Origin: a virus
Length of the DNA: 64,000 nt
Virus record (IMG/VR): IMGVR_UViG_3300029957_000006
Coordinates: 32,001-96,000 of that record
Reading direction: 5' to 3' (one strand)
Shown here: positions 31,562 to 41,918 of the stretch, piece by piece
How the letters are laid out: each line of letters opens with the position of its first letter
How positions within the stretch are numbered: position 1 is the stretch's first letter
The notes under the pieces: generated by a model
The model's input: the letters and a program-made list of their open reading frames with translations, nothing else
Databases searched by the model: none
Told to the model about the DNA's origin: nothing
Made by a program: the position numbers and the translations under genes

Positions 31562-31933
31562 TCATCTTAACTTCTCTATTTTACTCAAAAATTTTTCATT
31601 GGAATACAATTGTCCCTCAAACCATTTAATATTTCTATGATTTGGTGTATGTTCTTTCATATATTCAATTTTCTTATTTAAATGAAGAACATTACCTTCT
31701 ATATCTGTTTTAAGTTGATCAATTAAATTTTGTTTTGAATACCAATGATTAAAATCATCTTCAGTAGGGACACTGTTTTCAAAAAATTTTTCGAAAGAAT
31801 CTTTCAAAATTAATGGTATTATCTTTTCTTCTATTTTTAATTTTTGTTCTGTTATATCAGAATTAAAATTTGATATTATTGGCTCACCTACTTTTTTTAA
31901 GTAATGAACAATATATCCTACTGAGTTTTCCAT
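31562..31933 (-). CDS. hypothetical protein
   Basis: ORF in operon. Confidence 0.55.
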   Translation of the reverse strand: MENSVGYIVHYLKKVGEPIISNFNSDITEQKLKIEEKIIPLILKDSFEKFFENSVPTEDDFNHWYSKQNLIDQLKTDIEGNVLHLNKKIEYMKEHTPNHRNIKWFEGQLYSNEKFLSKIEKLR

Positions 31934-32236
31934 ATTTATGCAATTCTAATTAAGTCCAACAATAAAGTGGTTATGTAATTTACAGCTTTTGATGTTCCCA
32001 AGTGATTCAAAACAAGAAATAAGCATTGAATTAAATTCACGTCCTTCAAGTGTCTCTATTCTGAGCATTGTTGGGTCATCAAATGGTTGCCATTCAGGTC
32101 GTTTTTTCTTTTTTATTCGTTTCATTTTTATAATTATCAAAGAATCTAAATTATTTTACCCAAGCTAAGTCTTTTTCACATCTAACAGATATTTATATAC
32201 AAAGAAACTAAATAAATCTGAATAAAACAACTAATA

Positions 32237-32866
32237 ATGAATATTTTAATCTACAAGCTAATTGATCCAAGGACAAATGAAATTAGATATGTTGGAAAAA
32301 CTAAAAAATCTTTAACCAAAAGATTATATGAACATTTAACTAAACGTAATTTAACACCAAAAACCCATAAAAATCATTGGATTAAACAATTATTAAACGA
32401 AAAACTTAAACCTAAAATTGAATTGATTGAAATTACTGATCAAAACAATTGGATTGAAAGAGAAATCTTTCATATTAAAAAATTGCGAAGTGAAGGTACT
32501 TACTTGACTAACTTAACTGATGGTGGTGATGGTGCATTAGGTAGTAAACAAAGCAAAGAATCAATACAGAAAAGAATTGACACAATAAAGGAAAGATATG
32601 GTAATTTAGCTTTTAAACTATCTGATGAAACCAAAAATAATATAAGAATAGCTCATTTAGGTAAAAAACAATCACAAGAACGAAAAGATAAAACTAGCAT
32701 AAACTTACGAAAAACTCTATTCCAATATGATTTAAATAATAATTTAATTAAGGAATGGCATGGAGTTAGAAAGTGTGCTAAAACTCTTAATATAGATTAC
32801 ACAACACTAAGAGTTTATATTAAATCCCAAAAACCATTAAATGGTTTTATTTGGAAATATCAATAA
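32237..32866 (+). CDS. GIY-YIG homing endonuclease with NUMOD domains
   Basis: ATG AAT ATT TTA at 32237 and TAA at 32864-32866 read on the PLUS strand (ORF track labels it minus); IYKL..YVGKT, NLTDGGDG, QYDLNNNLIKEW. Confidence 0.9.
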   Translation: MNILIYKLIDPRTNEIRYVGKTKKSLTKRLYEHLTKRNLTPKTHKNHWIKQLLNEKLKPKIELIEITDQNNWIEREIFHIKKLRSEGTYLTNLTDGGDGALGSKQSKESIQKRIDTIKERYGNLAFKLSDETKNNIRIAHLGKKQSQERKDKTSINLRKTLFQYDLNNNLIKEWHGVRKCAKTLNIDYTTLRVYIKSQKPLNGFIWKYQ

Positions 32867-33803
32867 CTTTATTTTTAAGTTTATCAATCAATTGTTTCAT
32901 TAATGAAACATGTTCTACCATAACTAATTGCTCTATTTTTTGATGTGTGTCAAAATCTTCAATTGCTTTCCATTCTAACATTGCAATATCATCAGATGGT
33001 TGAATGCGACCCATGATGAATTTACCAATGAAAAGAGTTGTCATGATACCATGTTCAGTACCAGCATAACGCCAGTCGTTGATTTGTTCACTGGCAACAT
33101 AACGCAATCCATCAATTTCACATCCACCAGTTTCTTCAGAAAATTCACGTTTAGCAGCATCTTCCCAACGTCCATCCTTACGATCAACGAATCCACCAAT
33201 GAATCGATAAAGGTCTTCATTTGGCTTTTTACCCAATAGGATTTGACCTTTTTCATTATAAGCAACCACATCAACAGTTGGATATGTTACTGCCCATTGT
33301 GCAAACGTAGCATGAATAACACCAGCCCTGAAATCACTTGAGTTTAGAATTTCTTTTGAAACTTGATTACGGACTTCAGTTCCAGAATAATACACATCAG
33401 TGATTAATTCTACAACTGGGAATTTTCCTTTGTAATGTGGGATAAATGAATCACGACTACCATATAATAGTGCTGTGATTTTTGAACCGAATGGAATTCG
33501 GATTTCAGAATCAAGATTGTCTGACCATCGTTGATCAGATCGTTGATCCTTATGAGGAAGGATAATTACATCTGGGTAACTTTGTTGGATCATTGCTTTG
33601 CGAGTGGCAAAATCCAATGGATTTGCTTTAGTTCCACCAACTTGTGGTATACCTAAAAATACAATAACTTTTTTGTGGTTTTCACATACTTGGTCAAGAA
33701 ATTTAATATGACCTTCATGCAATTTATGTACTTGAAAACGTGCTATGATTACACCAATTTCATAATCAGAAGGATTGAGTGCGCTTGATTTGATTTCCAT
33801 CAT
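32847..33803 (-). CDS. nadM: bifunctional NMN adenylyltransferase / Nudix ADP-ribose pyrophosphatase
   Basis: ARFQVHKLHEGH, NPLDF, SGTEVR, GGFVD...AAKREFSEETG, SDDI. Confidence 0.9.
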   Translation of the reverse strand: MMEIKSSALNPSDYEIGVIIARFQVHKLHEGHIKFLDQVCENHKKVIVFLGIPQVGGTKANPLDFATRKAMIQQSYPDVIILPHKDQRSDQRWSDNLDSEIRIPFGSKITALLYGSRDSFIPHYKGKFPVVELITDVYYSGTEVRNQVSKEILNSSDFRAGVIHATFAQWAVTYPTVDVVAYNEKGQILLGKKPNEDLYRFIGGFVDRKDGRWEDAAKREFSEETGGCEIDGLRYVASEQINDWRYAGTEHGIMTTLFIGKFIMGRIQPSDDIAMLEWKAIEDFDTHQKIEQLVMVEHVSLMKQLIDKLKNKVIDISK

Positions 33804-33861
33804 TTTAATATAGATTAGATTGCAAAGGTATGAATAATATTTGGAAGAACCAAATTTAATC

Positions 33862-34179
33862 TTATCGATTTGATAACATCGTAAATAATCCAGTCATTGT
33901 AAATCCAATTCCAATAACAAACATAGCATTTCTAGGTGTTTGTTTCCAAAATGGTGGTCTAACAATTGGAGCATTATAGATATTCATTGGGCTTGAATAG
34001 GTCCAATAAACATTTCGTTCAAGCAAAGCAGCACCTGTAAAGGCAATACCAGCAATTGTAAATGTTAAACCAGTTCTAGTGTTATCATCACTGGAATAAT
34101 AACGAGGTGATCGTTTAAATGATTGAGAAAATGATGTCAGCGTTGACAACATAAAGATTAATAATAGGAATTTTTTCAT
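33862..34179 (-). CDS. secreted/membrane hypothetical protein
   Basis: MKKFLLLIFML..SFSQ signal peptide; two hydrophobic segments. Confidence 0.6.
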   Translation of the reverse strand: MKKFLLLIFMLSTLTSFSQSFKRSPRYYSSDDNTRTGLTFTIAGIAFTGAALLERNVYWTYSSPMNIYNAPIVRPPFWKQTPRNAMFVIGIGFTMTGLFTMLSNR

Positions 34180-34243
34180 TTGATCATATTTTAAAACAAA
34201 GGTACAAAAAATTCCCCAATAAAACAAATTATTGGGGATATTT

Positions 34244-35530
34244 TTAATGTTTGGTTTGGAAACCCATTGATTGATTTTCTTTTTCTAGTTGACTTGAATA
34301 GAAACCTCTATACGATTCTTCAATAAGACTTACAGTGTCATTAACTGTCCAATCATCTTCATCTTCTGACATTTCTTTTATGTTGTCGGCTAAATTAGCA
34401 ATAAATGAACCAGTAACCTTTGCTTTCTTTCCATTTATTCTGCCATTTAATGCATCATAAACTTCTTTAATTTGCCATTTTTCTGGTAAGTGAATATTAC
34501 AAACTTGAACAATTTGATCTTCATCTAAAAAGCTATAATCTAATGTGAAATTAAATCTACCTGGTCTTTCGGCAGCTTTATCCACCAAACCTTTATCATT
34601 AGTAGAAGCCAATAAGCTTATCTTACGTTTCTTAACACCATCAAAGAATGATAAGAATTGACCAAGTAATTGTGTGTAACTTCCGTTATCACGTGATCCT
34701 AGATATAAATCAATATCATCCATAATGATGACACCTTGATCAAATATTTCGCATGCTTCTAATATTGAAGTTAGATCATCGGATGTCGAGAAATCTGGAA
34801 TAATGAATGTGACATGTGGAATAAGTCTTCTTGCTATTTCACGAATGCATTCTGTTTTACCAGTTCCTGGTTCTCCATTCAACAAATATCTAGCATTACC
34901 ACCTCTACCAACACGTTTTATAAAATGCTCAATATATCTTTTTTGAATCGCATTAAGAATTAATACATTGCTTGCAATTCCAAGATCAATTATTTCAATA
35001 CCCTTGAAGCTACTCTCATGTAATTTTACCTTAATGCATTTACCTTTATATTCTGAATTATTAAAGGCAAATCCTATTAGCTTCTTATAATACTCTTCGA
35101 ATTTTGTATTTAGAATACTTTTTTTAACTGATGTATTAAGTTGAATGACTAACTCATTTCGACTATCAACATACATCTTTGTTTGGAAGATAAAGTCATT
35201 ATCCACACCTTCCATTCTACCAGCAAACCAAAATGAACTGGTTATTTCAAAAGGACCACCATAGTTAACTCGTCCCAATGAATCTACTTGTCCATAAGAA
35301 GTAACTACAACATCTTTTGTCTTTCCACGAAATGATTTATATAAATAAGCATTTAAAAAAGCAAATTCAATAAAACTAATATTTTTGGATAATGATTGGG
35401 CATCATATTCCTCTGAATCATCAAGTTCATCTGGTGGAACTTCCATGTCTTCTGTTATCTCTTTAAGTAATTCTTCCTCTTGTGAATCAAATTCCTCAGA
35501 TTTCTTGTTTTCAAGTTTTTTATTTCCCAT
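34244..35530 (-). CDS. AAA+ ATPase
   Basis: GEPGTGKT, IIMDDID, STN, AERPGRF. Confidence 0.9.
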   Translation of the reverse strand: MGNKKLENKKSEEFDSQEEELLKEITEDMEVPPDELDDSEEYDAQSLSKNISFIEFAFLNAYLYKSFRGKTKDVVVTSYGQVDSLGRVNYGGPFEITSSFWFAGRMEGVDNDFIFQTKMYVDSRNELVIQLNTSVKKSILNTKFEEYYKKLIGFAFNNSEYKGKCIKVKLHESSFKGIEIIDLGIASNVLILNAIQKRYIEHFIKRVGRGGNARYLLNGEPGTGKTECIREIARRLIPHVTFIIPDFSTSDDLTSILEACEIFDQGVIIMDDIDLYLGSRDNGSYTQLLGQFLSFFDGVKKRKISLLASTNDKGLVDKAAERPGRFNFTLDYSFLDEDQIVQVCNIHLPEKWQIKEVYDALNGRINGKKAKVTGSFIANLADNIKEMSEDEDDWTVNDTVSLIEESYRGFYSSQLEKENQSMGFQTKH

Positions 35531-35555
35531 AATTCTATTTCTCTTTTAACTCTAA

Positions 35556-36188
35556 TTAATGATGATTATTTGACGCTTTAAAGTCAATATCTTCTTTTAA
35601 TTTTATTATGTCCAAATAAGAAATTGGCGCATAGTTAAATCCCATACAACCCACATCAATTATTCGATTTTGCTTATGAAATTCACCTTCACTTAAACTT
35701 AAATGACAATGACCATGTACATGATAACTACCATGATGTTTCTTATTCCAAGAGTATATTGGATAATGCATGCAACAAAATAATACTTCTTCATCAATAG
35801 AAGAACCATCTGGCAATACTTTTTTAAATCTTATAAATAAATCCAAATAGTCATCAACACTGACGAATTTTTTATACTTTTTTATATCATCATATTTATC
35901 ATGATTACCAATGATATAATGAATTGTTCCATTTAGATTATTAACAAGCTTCTCAACAGTAATTTTATCTTCACGTCTAGCAAAGCTGAGATCACCTAGA
36001 TAAATAACAATATCTTCTGGTTTAACAACATCATTCCAAGCCTTTTCAATTTCCAAATGCATTTCATTAACATCAGTAAATGGCCTATTATCAAAGCGCA
36101 ATACATTGTGGTGAAACAAGTGAAAATCAGAAGTAAAATATATATTCTTCTGAATCTTTCCTTGTGTTAAATCAATATTTAATCTCAT
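35556..36188 (-). CDS. metallophosphoesterase
   Basis: TSDFH, LGD, GNHD, HYP, HGHCH. Confidence 0.9.
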   Translation of the reverse strand: MRLNIDLTQGKIQKNIYFTSDFHLFHHNVLRFDNRPFTDVNEMHLEIEKAWNDVVKPEDIVIYLGDLSFARREDKITVEKLVNNLNGTIHYIIGNHDKYDDIKKYKKFVSVDDYLDLFIRFKKVLPDGSSIDEEVLFCCMHYPIYSWNKKHHGSYHVHGHCHLSLSEGEFHKQNRIIDVGCMGFNYAPISYLDIIKLKEDIDFKASNNHH

Positions 36189-36724
36189 TTATTTAATTTT
36201 ATTTTAACGTCCTTAAAAATAGTTTCTAATGAATCTGGGCCAATCCCAGTAATGGTTTCATAAGAAATATTATTTTCTGACAAGAATCCTTTCAAATCTT
36301 CATCAACTTGTTTAGCACCATCTAGGTCTTGATATCTGCCTACTGTTTCATATGGAACATTTAAATCTCGTTCTATGAAATATAGAAGATTATCATATTG
36401 ATTATATTCCTTTAAAACCAAAGCTTTTAAATGAGGACACTTTGTTTTATCATAAGATGGAAATAACAATAAAGGTGCATCAGTAACAATTACATCAACT
36501 TCACCAGTTAAGCTGAATAAGATAAAATGCTGTTCTGCAAAAAGCTTAACTTGACAAGTGATCTCTTTCATTGCTTTTCGCATCAATAACTCCTTGATAT
36601 ATTCTGGAGCCACACTACAGGTAACACCATTTTTTTTCAATTTTGAAAATATATCAGCAGCTAGAATTGTCTTACCGATACCTGGTCCTCCAATAAGATT
36701 GATGACTATTTGTTTAGTTTCCAT
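36185..36724 (-). CDS. P-loop kinase (NadR/AAA_28-like)
   Basis: GGPGIGKT, IVTDAP, GRYQ. Confidence 0.75.
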   Translation of the reverse strand: METKQIVINLIGGPGIGKTILAADIFSKLKKNGVTCSVAPEYIKELLMRKAMKEITCQVKLFAEQHFILFSLTGEVDVIVTDAPLLLFPSYDKTKCPHLKALVLKEYNQYDNLLYFIERDLNVPYETVGRYQDLDGAKQVDEDLKGFLSENNISYETITGIGPDSLETIFKDVKIKLNK

Positions 36725-37307
36725 CCGAATCCATTTGTTTCTTTAACTTTGATAATACATCACTGGCATCTCCAAGTGTAAATGTTGTTACTGGATTCTT
36801 TTTTTTCATATTAACGATCTTGTTCTGAACATCAATGTCTTCAATATTTTCAGCTCGTTCAATAAATGATGTTCGTTTAATAGAACCTAATAACCAATTA
36901 ATATGTTTATCACCCTTAAGTGATTTTGTGATAACCCAATTATAAAACTCCTGAAATGCTGGATAAGACATAAATGTAGTGGTATCTTTTCCAGTAACAC
37001 CCATTTTCTTATCACCAATGAGCTTAGTTACTGGTGATGTCTTGTCAGCATTTTCATCAAACATGGTCTTCAAGCTCTTCATGAAGTTATCCTTGAATTC
37101 TTCTGTTTGAATTCCTTCAAAGATATCTTGTACTGAAAATAACGAATCTTTCGTAATAACACATTTAAAATCACCCTTTGGTTTATCCATAACCTTTTCA
37201 ACTTTTGAAATTGGCATATATGCTCTAACAAGATGGTTGATGAACGTTTTAGATTTTGGGTTCTCAAGCATCTTATCTAAGCTTGAATGGATTTCTTCTT
37301 GGGTCAT
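36714..37307 (-). CDS. hypothetical protein
   Basis: ORF in operon. Confidence 0.65.
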   Translation of the reverse strand: MTQEEIHSSLDKMLENPKSKTFINHLVRAYMPISKVEKVMDKPKGDFKCVITKDSLFSVQDIFEGIQTEEFKDNFMKSLKTMFDENADKTSPVTKLIGDKKMGVTGKDTTTFMSYPAFQEFYNWVITKSLKGDKHINWLLGSIKRTSFIERAENIEDIDVQNKIVNMKKKNPVTTFTLGDASDVLSKLKKQMDSDGN

Positions 37308-37309
37308 TC

Positions 37310-37696
37310 TTAATTTTGTTTAATGAAAATGTAATATGCTGAAAGTAATTGTATGTAGTGTAATACTTGATCAAAACCAACTACAACAAATCCCCAATGA
37401 TAATCGTTCTTACCAAAGTATTTGCTGCTTAATCTGCTAGTACAGTAATCAGTAATCCAGTGTGTTATAAATACAAAAGCAGCAAACTCTAAATACTGGC
37501 TAGCCATGTATTCATATGATGGTTGGAAGAAGCAAAACATCCAAGCTAAGAACGTTACTGTAGAATAAACAGCAACATGAATTGTTAACCAATAATTGCT
37601 CTTACTTTTATTTACAGCCATCTCATCTGATTGGCACATGAAGTCAGCGAAAAAATGTATCGCTATTATCAATAAGGCTACAGGTATACTTATCAT
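37310..37696 (-). CDS. DUF3307-like membrane protein
   Basis: HFFADF..Q, H..VY, HWITD, DQVLH. Confidence 0.8.
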   Translation of the reverse strand: MISIPVALLIIAIHFFADFMCQSDEMAVNKSKSNYWLTIHVAVYSTVTFLAWMFCFFQPSYEYMASQYLEFAAFVFITHWITDYCTSRLSSKYFGKNDYHWGFVVVGFDQVLHYIQLLSAYYIFIKQN

Positions 37697-37697
37697 A

Positions 37698-38138
37698 CTA
37701 TTTGTTTAATATTTCTTCTTGAATAACTTTAGTAACAACTTTGTTGTCAAAAGCTTTTCCTTTATTTTGTCTATTGAATGTTCCTGTAAGGAAGCCAACA
37801 TTTAAAGCAATCGTTTCAGATGTATTTAACATGTTCTTGACTAAAATACGAATTTCATCTTCAGTCATTAATGTTGGTTGATATGGCTTGATGTAAGATA
37901 ATTCCAATTCTTGTTCTGAAACATCTAACTTCATTGTCTTGCGACCTTCAATGTTTTCTAGAATTCCTTTTTCAAAGGATTTAATCACCTTCAAAACATT
38001 TTCATCGGTAGATGGAATCAATTGGCCTTCTTGAGTTTGTATAGCACCTTTTAAAACGCTTAAGAAATTTTTCTTTAACATGTCTTTAGCTTTGTAAGCT
38101 TCCATGAAATCAGCGTTTATTTGTTCTTTTATTGACAT
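37698..38138 (-). CDS. GatB/YqeY domain protein
   Basis: MSIKEQINADFMEAYKAKD, E...I.PYQP..MTEDEI. Confidence 0.85.
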   Translation of the reverse strand: MSIKEQINADFMEAYKAKDMLKKNFLSVLKGAIQTQEGQLIPSTDENVLKVIKSFEKGILENIEGRKTMKLDVSEQELELSYIKPYQPTLMTEDEIRILVKNMLNTSETIALNVGFLTGTFNRQNKGKAFDNKVVTKVIQEEILNK

Positions 38139-38377
38139 TTGTTTTATTTTTTTACAACTAAATAATGGTGATAATTTTTATTACCATCAGAAGCAAAATA
38201 GCCCCATTTCAATTCACCCCTTTGTACTCGTTCACCTATTAATCTGAATTCATCTTGTGGAGCATCAGATGCTATTCGTATGTATTTCGATGGCTTTATT
38301 TCTTCTTTTTCTTCTTTCTTTTTAGCCATTGTGATTCATATAACAAAGGTACTATATTTATTTTATAAATACAAGTA

Positions 38378-38761
38378 TTATTTTTTAGGTTTTCTCCAAT
38401 GATTATTAATCATAATATTAAGATTTGTAAAAGGAATATATCGGCCACCTTTCATTCCTTTTCCAGTTCTAAAATATACATGAATACCAAAAATAGTAAA
38501 CCAAGTTCCACCTATGTGTTTCCAATCACCTTTTTGAAAGGGTTTCCAACAATCAAGATTATCTGATCTTTCCTTATAGTATTCATTCATAAATCTGATC
38601 ATGCTCCAAAATTGCTTCTCAGCTTCTTCTTTTGTCTTTCCATCACCATAACTTGAAAAACCTAGAATTTTTTCAGCTTCTTCTGTTGTTGAAATAAAAA
38701 CTGTTTCACCCTCTTGAATCAATTCAACTGGTATGCTTATATTAATAGTTTCTGAAGTCAT
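38378..38761 (-). CDS. hypothetical protein
   Basis: ORF in operon. Confidence 0.55.
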   Translation of the reverse strand: MTSETINISIPVELIQEGETVFISTTEEAEKILGFSSYGDGKTKEEAEKQFWSMIRFMNEYYKERSDNLDCWKPFQKGDWKHIGGTWFTIFGIHVYFRTGKGMKGGRYIPFTNLNIMINNHWRKPKK

Positions 38762-39476
38762 ATTAGTATTTTTTTACTGTTCCTTGATCAGTTATTGAAA
38801 CAAGAGTGTCTTTGCCATATGGCATTCCAGTTCCGTTGAAAACAACTGAGCGATTTTGATCGATCCAACGCTTGAAAATTAATTGGCCTTTAGCATTGTA
38901 AAGGTAGAGTTCTTTACCTACGATTACTTTATTAAATGTTCCTTGTAACATAAAACTTTATTTATTTTTAATAGAATACTCTTTTCGTTCCAATAGTAAA
39001 GTCAAATCAGTATATGCAATCCAATCACTGAACTTATCAATGAATAAATCAATGTATCTGGATGCACCTTTGGTGTGTTCCAGATTTACGCATGAATTAA
39101 TAACAGCTTCTGCTTTCTCAAATGCGATTTCTTTTGGACTTAGTTGATTATTCATTTACCGAATAGGTTAATAGTTGTTTACATTTGTCACAGTATATTG
39201 GAGGTGCCTTTCCTAACATTGATTCAGAAATATACGGTCCTTCATTATTGCCATTGATATCTTCAACAATATAATTTTCACCTTCTTTGCTTGATACAAA
39301 ACACATTATGATGTAACATCGATTACATAAAGCAACTGGGTTACCACCATTAAATTTTATTATTGGAGTTAGCTTTTTCATTACAAAGGTACAAATTTAT
39401 ATTCATTTAACCAAATTTTATTTTAGTAGAAACAACTCTTATATAAATATTCCCTATTGCAACAATAAATTAAAAA

Positions 39477-39764
39477 TTACTTTTCTTCCTCCTTAACAGA
39501 TTCATTATCAACCTCATCTTTTGGTTTTAACAAATCAGTTAAATTCTTGATGGCTTCTGTCACCATTACTTCTCTTTTGGAATAGCCATTTTGATCAGCT
39601 AAATCAATTAAAGCACATAATGCTTCACAAACACAAACTACGTCTGTATTAACTAATAATTGAGCTTCTTCGAAATTGGTTGGTGGTTTAATCTCATTTG
39701 GTTTCCCAAGAATGACCTTTTGTGGACGATCACTATCAATGTCTATTAATAATAAAGTTTTCAT
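39477..39764 (-). CDS. hypothetical protein
   Basis: ORF after TATATTTG promoter box at 39782. Confidence 0.6.
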   Translation of the reverse strand: MKTLLLIDIDSDRPQKVILGKPNEIKPPTNFEEAQLLVNTDVVCVCEALCALIDLADQNGYSKREVMVTEAIKNLTDLLKPKDEVDNESVKEEEK

Positions 39765-39838
39765 AATATCTAGCTTTTAGGCAAATATACTATTTTTTTC
39801 GTATCAGTGCAACTATTTATATGCAAATTAAACCAATC

Positions 39839-39985
39839 ATGGCAAAACAATTGAAAACAGGTAATACCTCAACTAGAATAACCAATGCTAAAAAAAGCAG
39901 AAAAGGAATTCATGCTAAAAGCAAAGCATCAAGATCAAAAAAAGCTAAAAATTACTTTAAACGAAATGTAGGTCAAGGTAAATAA
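39839..39985 (+). CDS. 48-aa very basic small protein
   Basis: MAKQLKTGNTSTRITNAKKSRKGIHAKSKASRSKKAKNYFKRNVGQGK*, read by hand; TATTTATA motif upstream; below ORF-track cutoff. Confidence 0.7.
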   Translation: MAKQLKTGNTSTRITNAKKSRKGIHAKSKASRSKKAKNYFKRNVGQGK

Positions 39986-40007
39986 AAAGGGTTTTAAAAT
40001 AATTTTA

Positions 40008-40565
40008 TTATTTTAATTTGTAATTCTTTTTTGTTCCATCTGCCTTTGAGTAAACAAATTTACTTGGTTTAATTTCAATGTCAACCATCTCTTTTAATTT
40101 TTTGATGTACTTATCTGCCATCTTAGGTTTAAGATACGCTATTGTACAGTGAGGATGATATTTTGGATGATCATTCGTATATGGAAAATTATCTGTAAAT
40201 TTTTTGTTTGCTTTATGTAAATCTTCACTTTCAACATCAAATTTCAATACATCAAATTTTGGATTTGCAAAAGAAGAAATTCCTTTAAATGCCATTTTAG
40301 GTGTCTTAAGACTATCAATTTCTTCTTCAATATCTTTATCTAAAATATTATTGTGAAGTCCAAATAAGATTGTTACATGTGGTTCAGTTTCTCTACCAAA
40401 TCCAGTATCATCCTTGGGATCATATAAATCATCTTCATCGATCATATCTTGCATTTCATTCCAGCGTTTTTGATCTGCATCTAAAAACACCATTACACAA
40501 CCATATTCATTTTTGTGAGCACCTTCATTTAATAAAGCCATTCTAAGTCGTTTTCTAATATCCAT
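40008..40565 (-). CDS. 2H phosphoesterase (Acb1 / T4 gp57B-like)
   Basis: Two HxT motifs: PHVTILFG and YHPHCTIAY. Confidence 0.8.
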   Translation of the reverse strand: MDIRKRLRMALLNEGAHKNEYGCVMVFLDADQKRWNEMQDMIDEDDLYDPKDDTGFGRETEPHVTILFGLHNNILDKDIEEEIDSLKTPKMAFKGISSFANPKFDVLKFDVESEDLHKANKKFTDNFPYTNDHPKYHPHCTIAYLKPKMADKYIKKLKEMVDIEIKPSKFVYSKADGTKKNYKLK

Positions 40566-40605
40566 ATTATCCTGATTTTAATATAAATATCGTTATGAAA
40601 CGACA

Positions 40606-40640
40606 AAAATAAAGAAAACCCATACAATTTGTATGGGTTT
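40606..40640 (-). terminator. intrinsic terminator after mnmA
   Basis: Inverted repeat AAACCCATAC/GTATGGGTTT followed by T-rich tract. Confidence 0.7.
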
Positions 40641-40646
40641 CTTGAA

Positions 40647-41774
40647 TCATAATACTTCATGGATATGACCACCGCCTATTACATCCGATGGGTTATTTGG
40701 GTCGTAAAAGACCGTTGATTGGCCAGCTGTTATTGTTCGAACTTGGTGAGCAAAATCCACTCGCACCATATCATTGCCTAAGCAAGTTAAGGTAGCTAGT
40801 GTTGTCTTACCACGATATCTTACATTAGCAAGGACTTCCATTCCATCCAATGCATCATAATCAACCTTGATAGTATTTATCTTCTTGACAATCATGTGTT
40901 GTCTCATAAGGTCCTTTTCAAGTCCTAGAGTCACTTCATTTGTCTTTGGGTTGATATCCGTTACATAAAATGGTTCAGTGCTAGGAAGATCACCAACACC
41001 CAATCCACGTCTTTGTCCAACAGTGAAATATGGGAATCCATCATGAGTTCCAATTATCTTACCATCCGTATCAATAAAATTACCCTTGTTGATTTCTCTC
41101 TTTCTAGAAAGAAATGCTCGGTAGTTATTATCTGGGATGAAACAGATTTCGTAGCTTTCTCCCTTCTTGGATAATGCTTCATAACCTCTATCAGCAGCCA
41201 TCTTTCTTATGTCAGTCTTTTCATAACCTCCAACTGGAAAGATGGTTCTTGCAAGAACTTCTTGAGTAAGTCCCCACAATACATAAGATTGATCCTTTGT
41301 TACATCAACACCACTAGACAACATGTAACGACCATTTTCATTTCTGATAATAGCATAGTGTCCTGTTGCGATATAATCACAATTCAATTGATCAGCAATC
41401 TTTAATAATGCACCCCACTTGATGTGAGTATTACATAGGATACATGGATTAGGTGTTCTACCTTCCATATATTCATCAATGAAATTGTTGATAACAGAAT
41501 CATTGAAGCTGTTACGGATATCATAGATTGTATGTGGGATATCATTCTTAACACAAATTTCTCTTGCATCATTAATATCATCCAATGAGCAACATCCTGT
41601 ACTCTTGTTGTGTGCAATGTCAACACCAGAACTAGCATAATCCCATGTCTTCATGGTGATCCCAATTACGTCAACTTGATCTTCTTTGAGTAAGACAGCT
41701 GATATAGTAGAATCAATACCTCCACTCATAGCACATAACACCCTCTTTCCTTTTAAATGACTATATACACCCAT
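40647..41774 (-). CDS. mnmA: tRNA 2-thiouridylase MnmA
   Basis: MSGGIDS, TPNPCILCN, ATGHYA, KDQSYVL, ICF, TVGQRRGLG. Confidence 0.97.
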   Translation of the reverse strand: MGVYSHLKGKRVLCAMSGGIDSTISAVLLKEDQVDVIGITMKTWDYASSGVDIAHNKSTGCCSLDDINDAREICVKNDIPHTIYDIRNSFNDSVINNFIDEYMEGRTPNPCILCNTHIKWGALLKIADQLNCDYIATGHYAIIRNENGRYMLSSGVDVTKDQSYVLWGLTQEVLARTIFPVGGYEKTDIRKMAADRGYEALSKKGESYEICFIPDNNYRAFLSRKREINKGNFIDTDGKIIGTHDGFPYFTVGQRRGLGVGDLPSTEPFYVTDINPKTNEVTLGLEKDLMRQHMIVKKINTIKVDYDALDGMEVLANVRYRGKTTLATLTCLGNDMVRVDFAHQVRTITAGQSTVFYDPNNPSDVIGGGHIHEVL

Positions 41775-41861
41775 GTTTTTATATTTTATTGTACTTCTTT
41801 TTACACCAAATAAATCAGCAACGTTTTGTAATGTTAATTTTTATTACATTAACACCATTTT

Positions 41862-41893
41862 AAATAAAATGGGTCTTCATTACAAAGACCCAT
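41862..41893 (-). terminator. intrinsic terminator downstream of DGR locus
   Basis: ATGGGTCTT-N7-AAGACCCAT then TTTATTT. Confidence 0.7.
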
Positions 41894-41918
41894 ATCATTA
41901 TCATAAAAGGACCAATAA

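Noticed and set aside
32165-32195. Possible displaced C-terminus of the NMNAT-Nudix gene (KYLLDVKKT*) beyond the endonuclease
   Set aside because: Resemblance to VIDISK is too weak to support without relatives
32237-32866. ORF-track strand label '-' for the 209-aa endonuclease
   Set aside because: The listed protein reads from ATG 32237 to TAA 32866 on the plus strand; annotated as +
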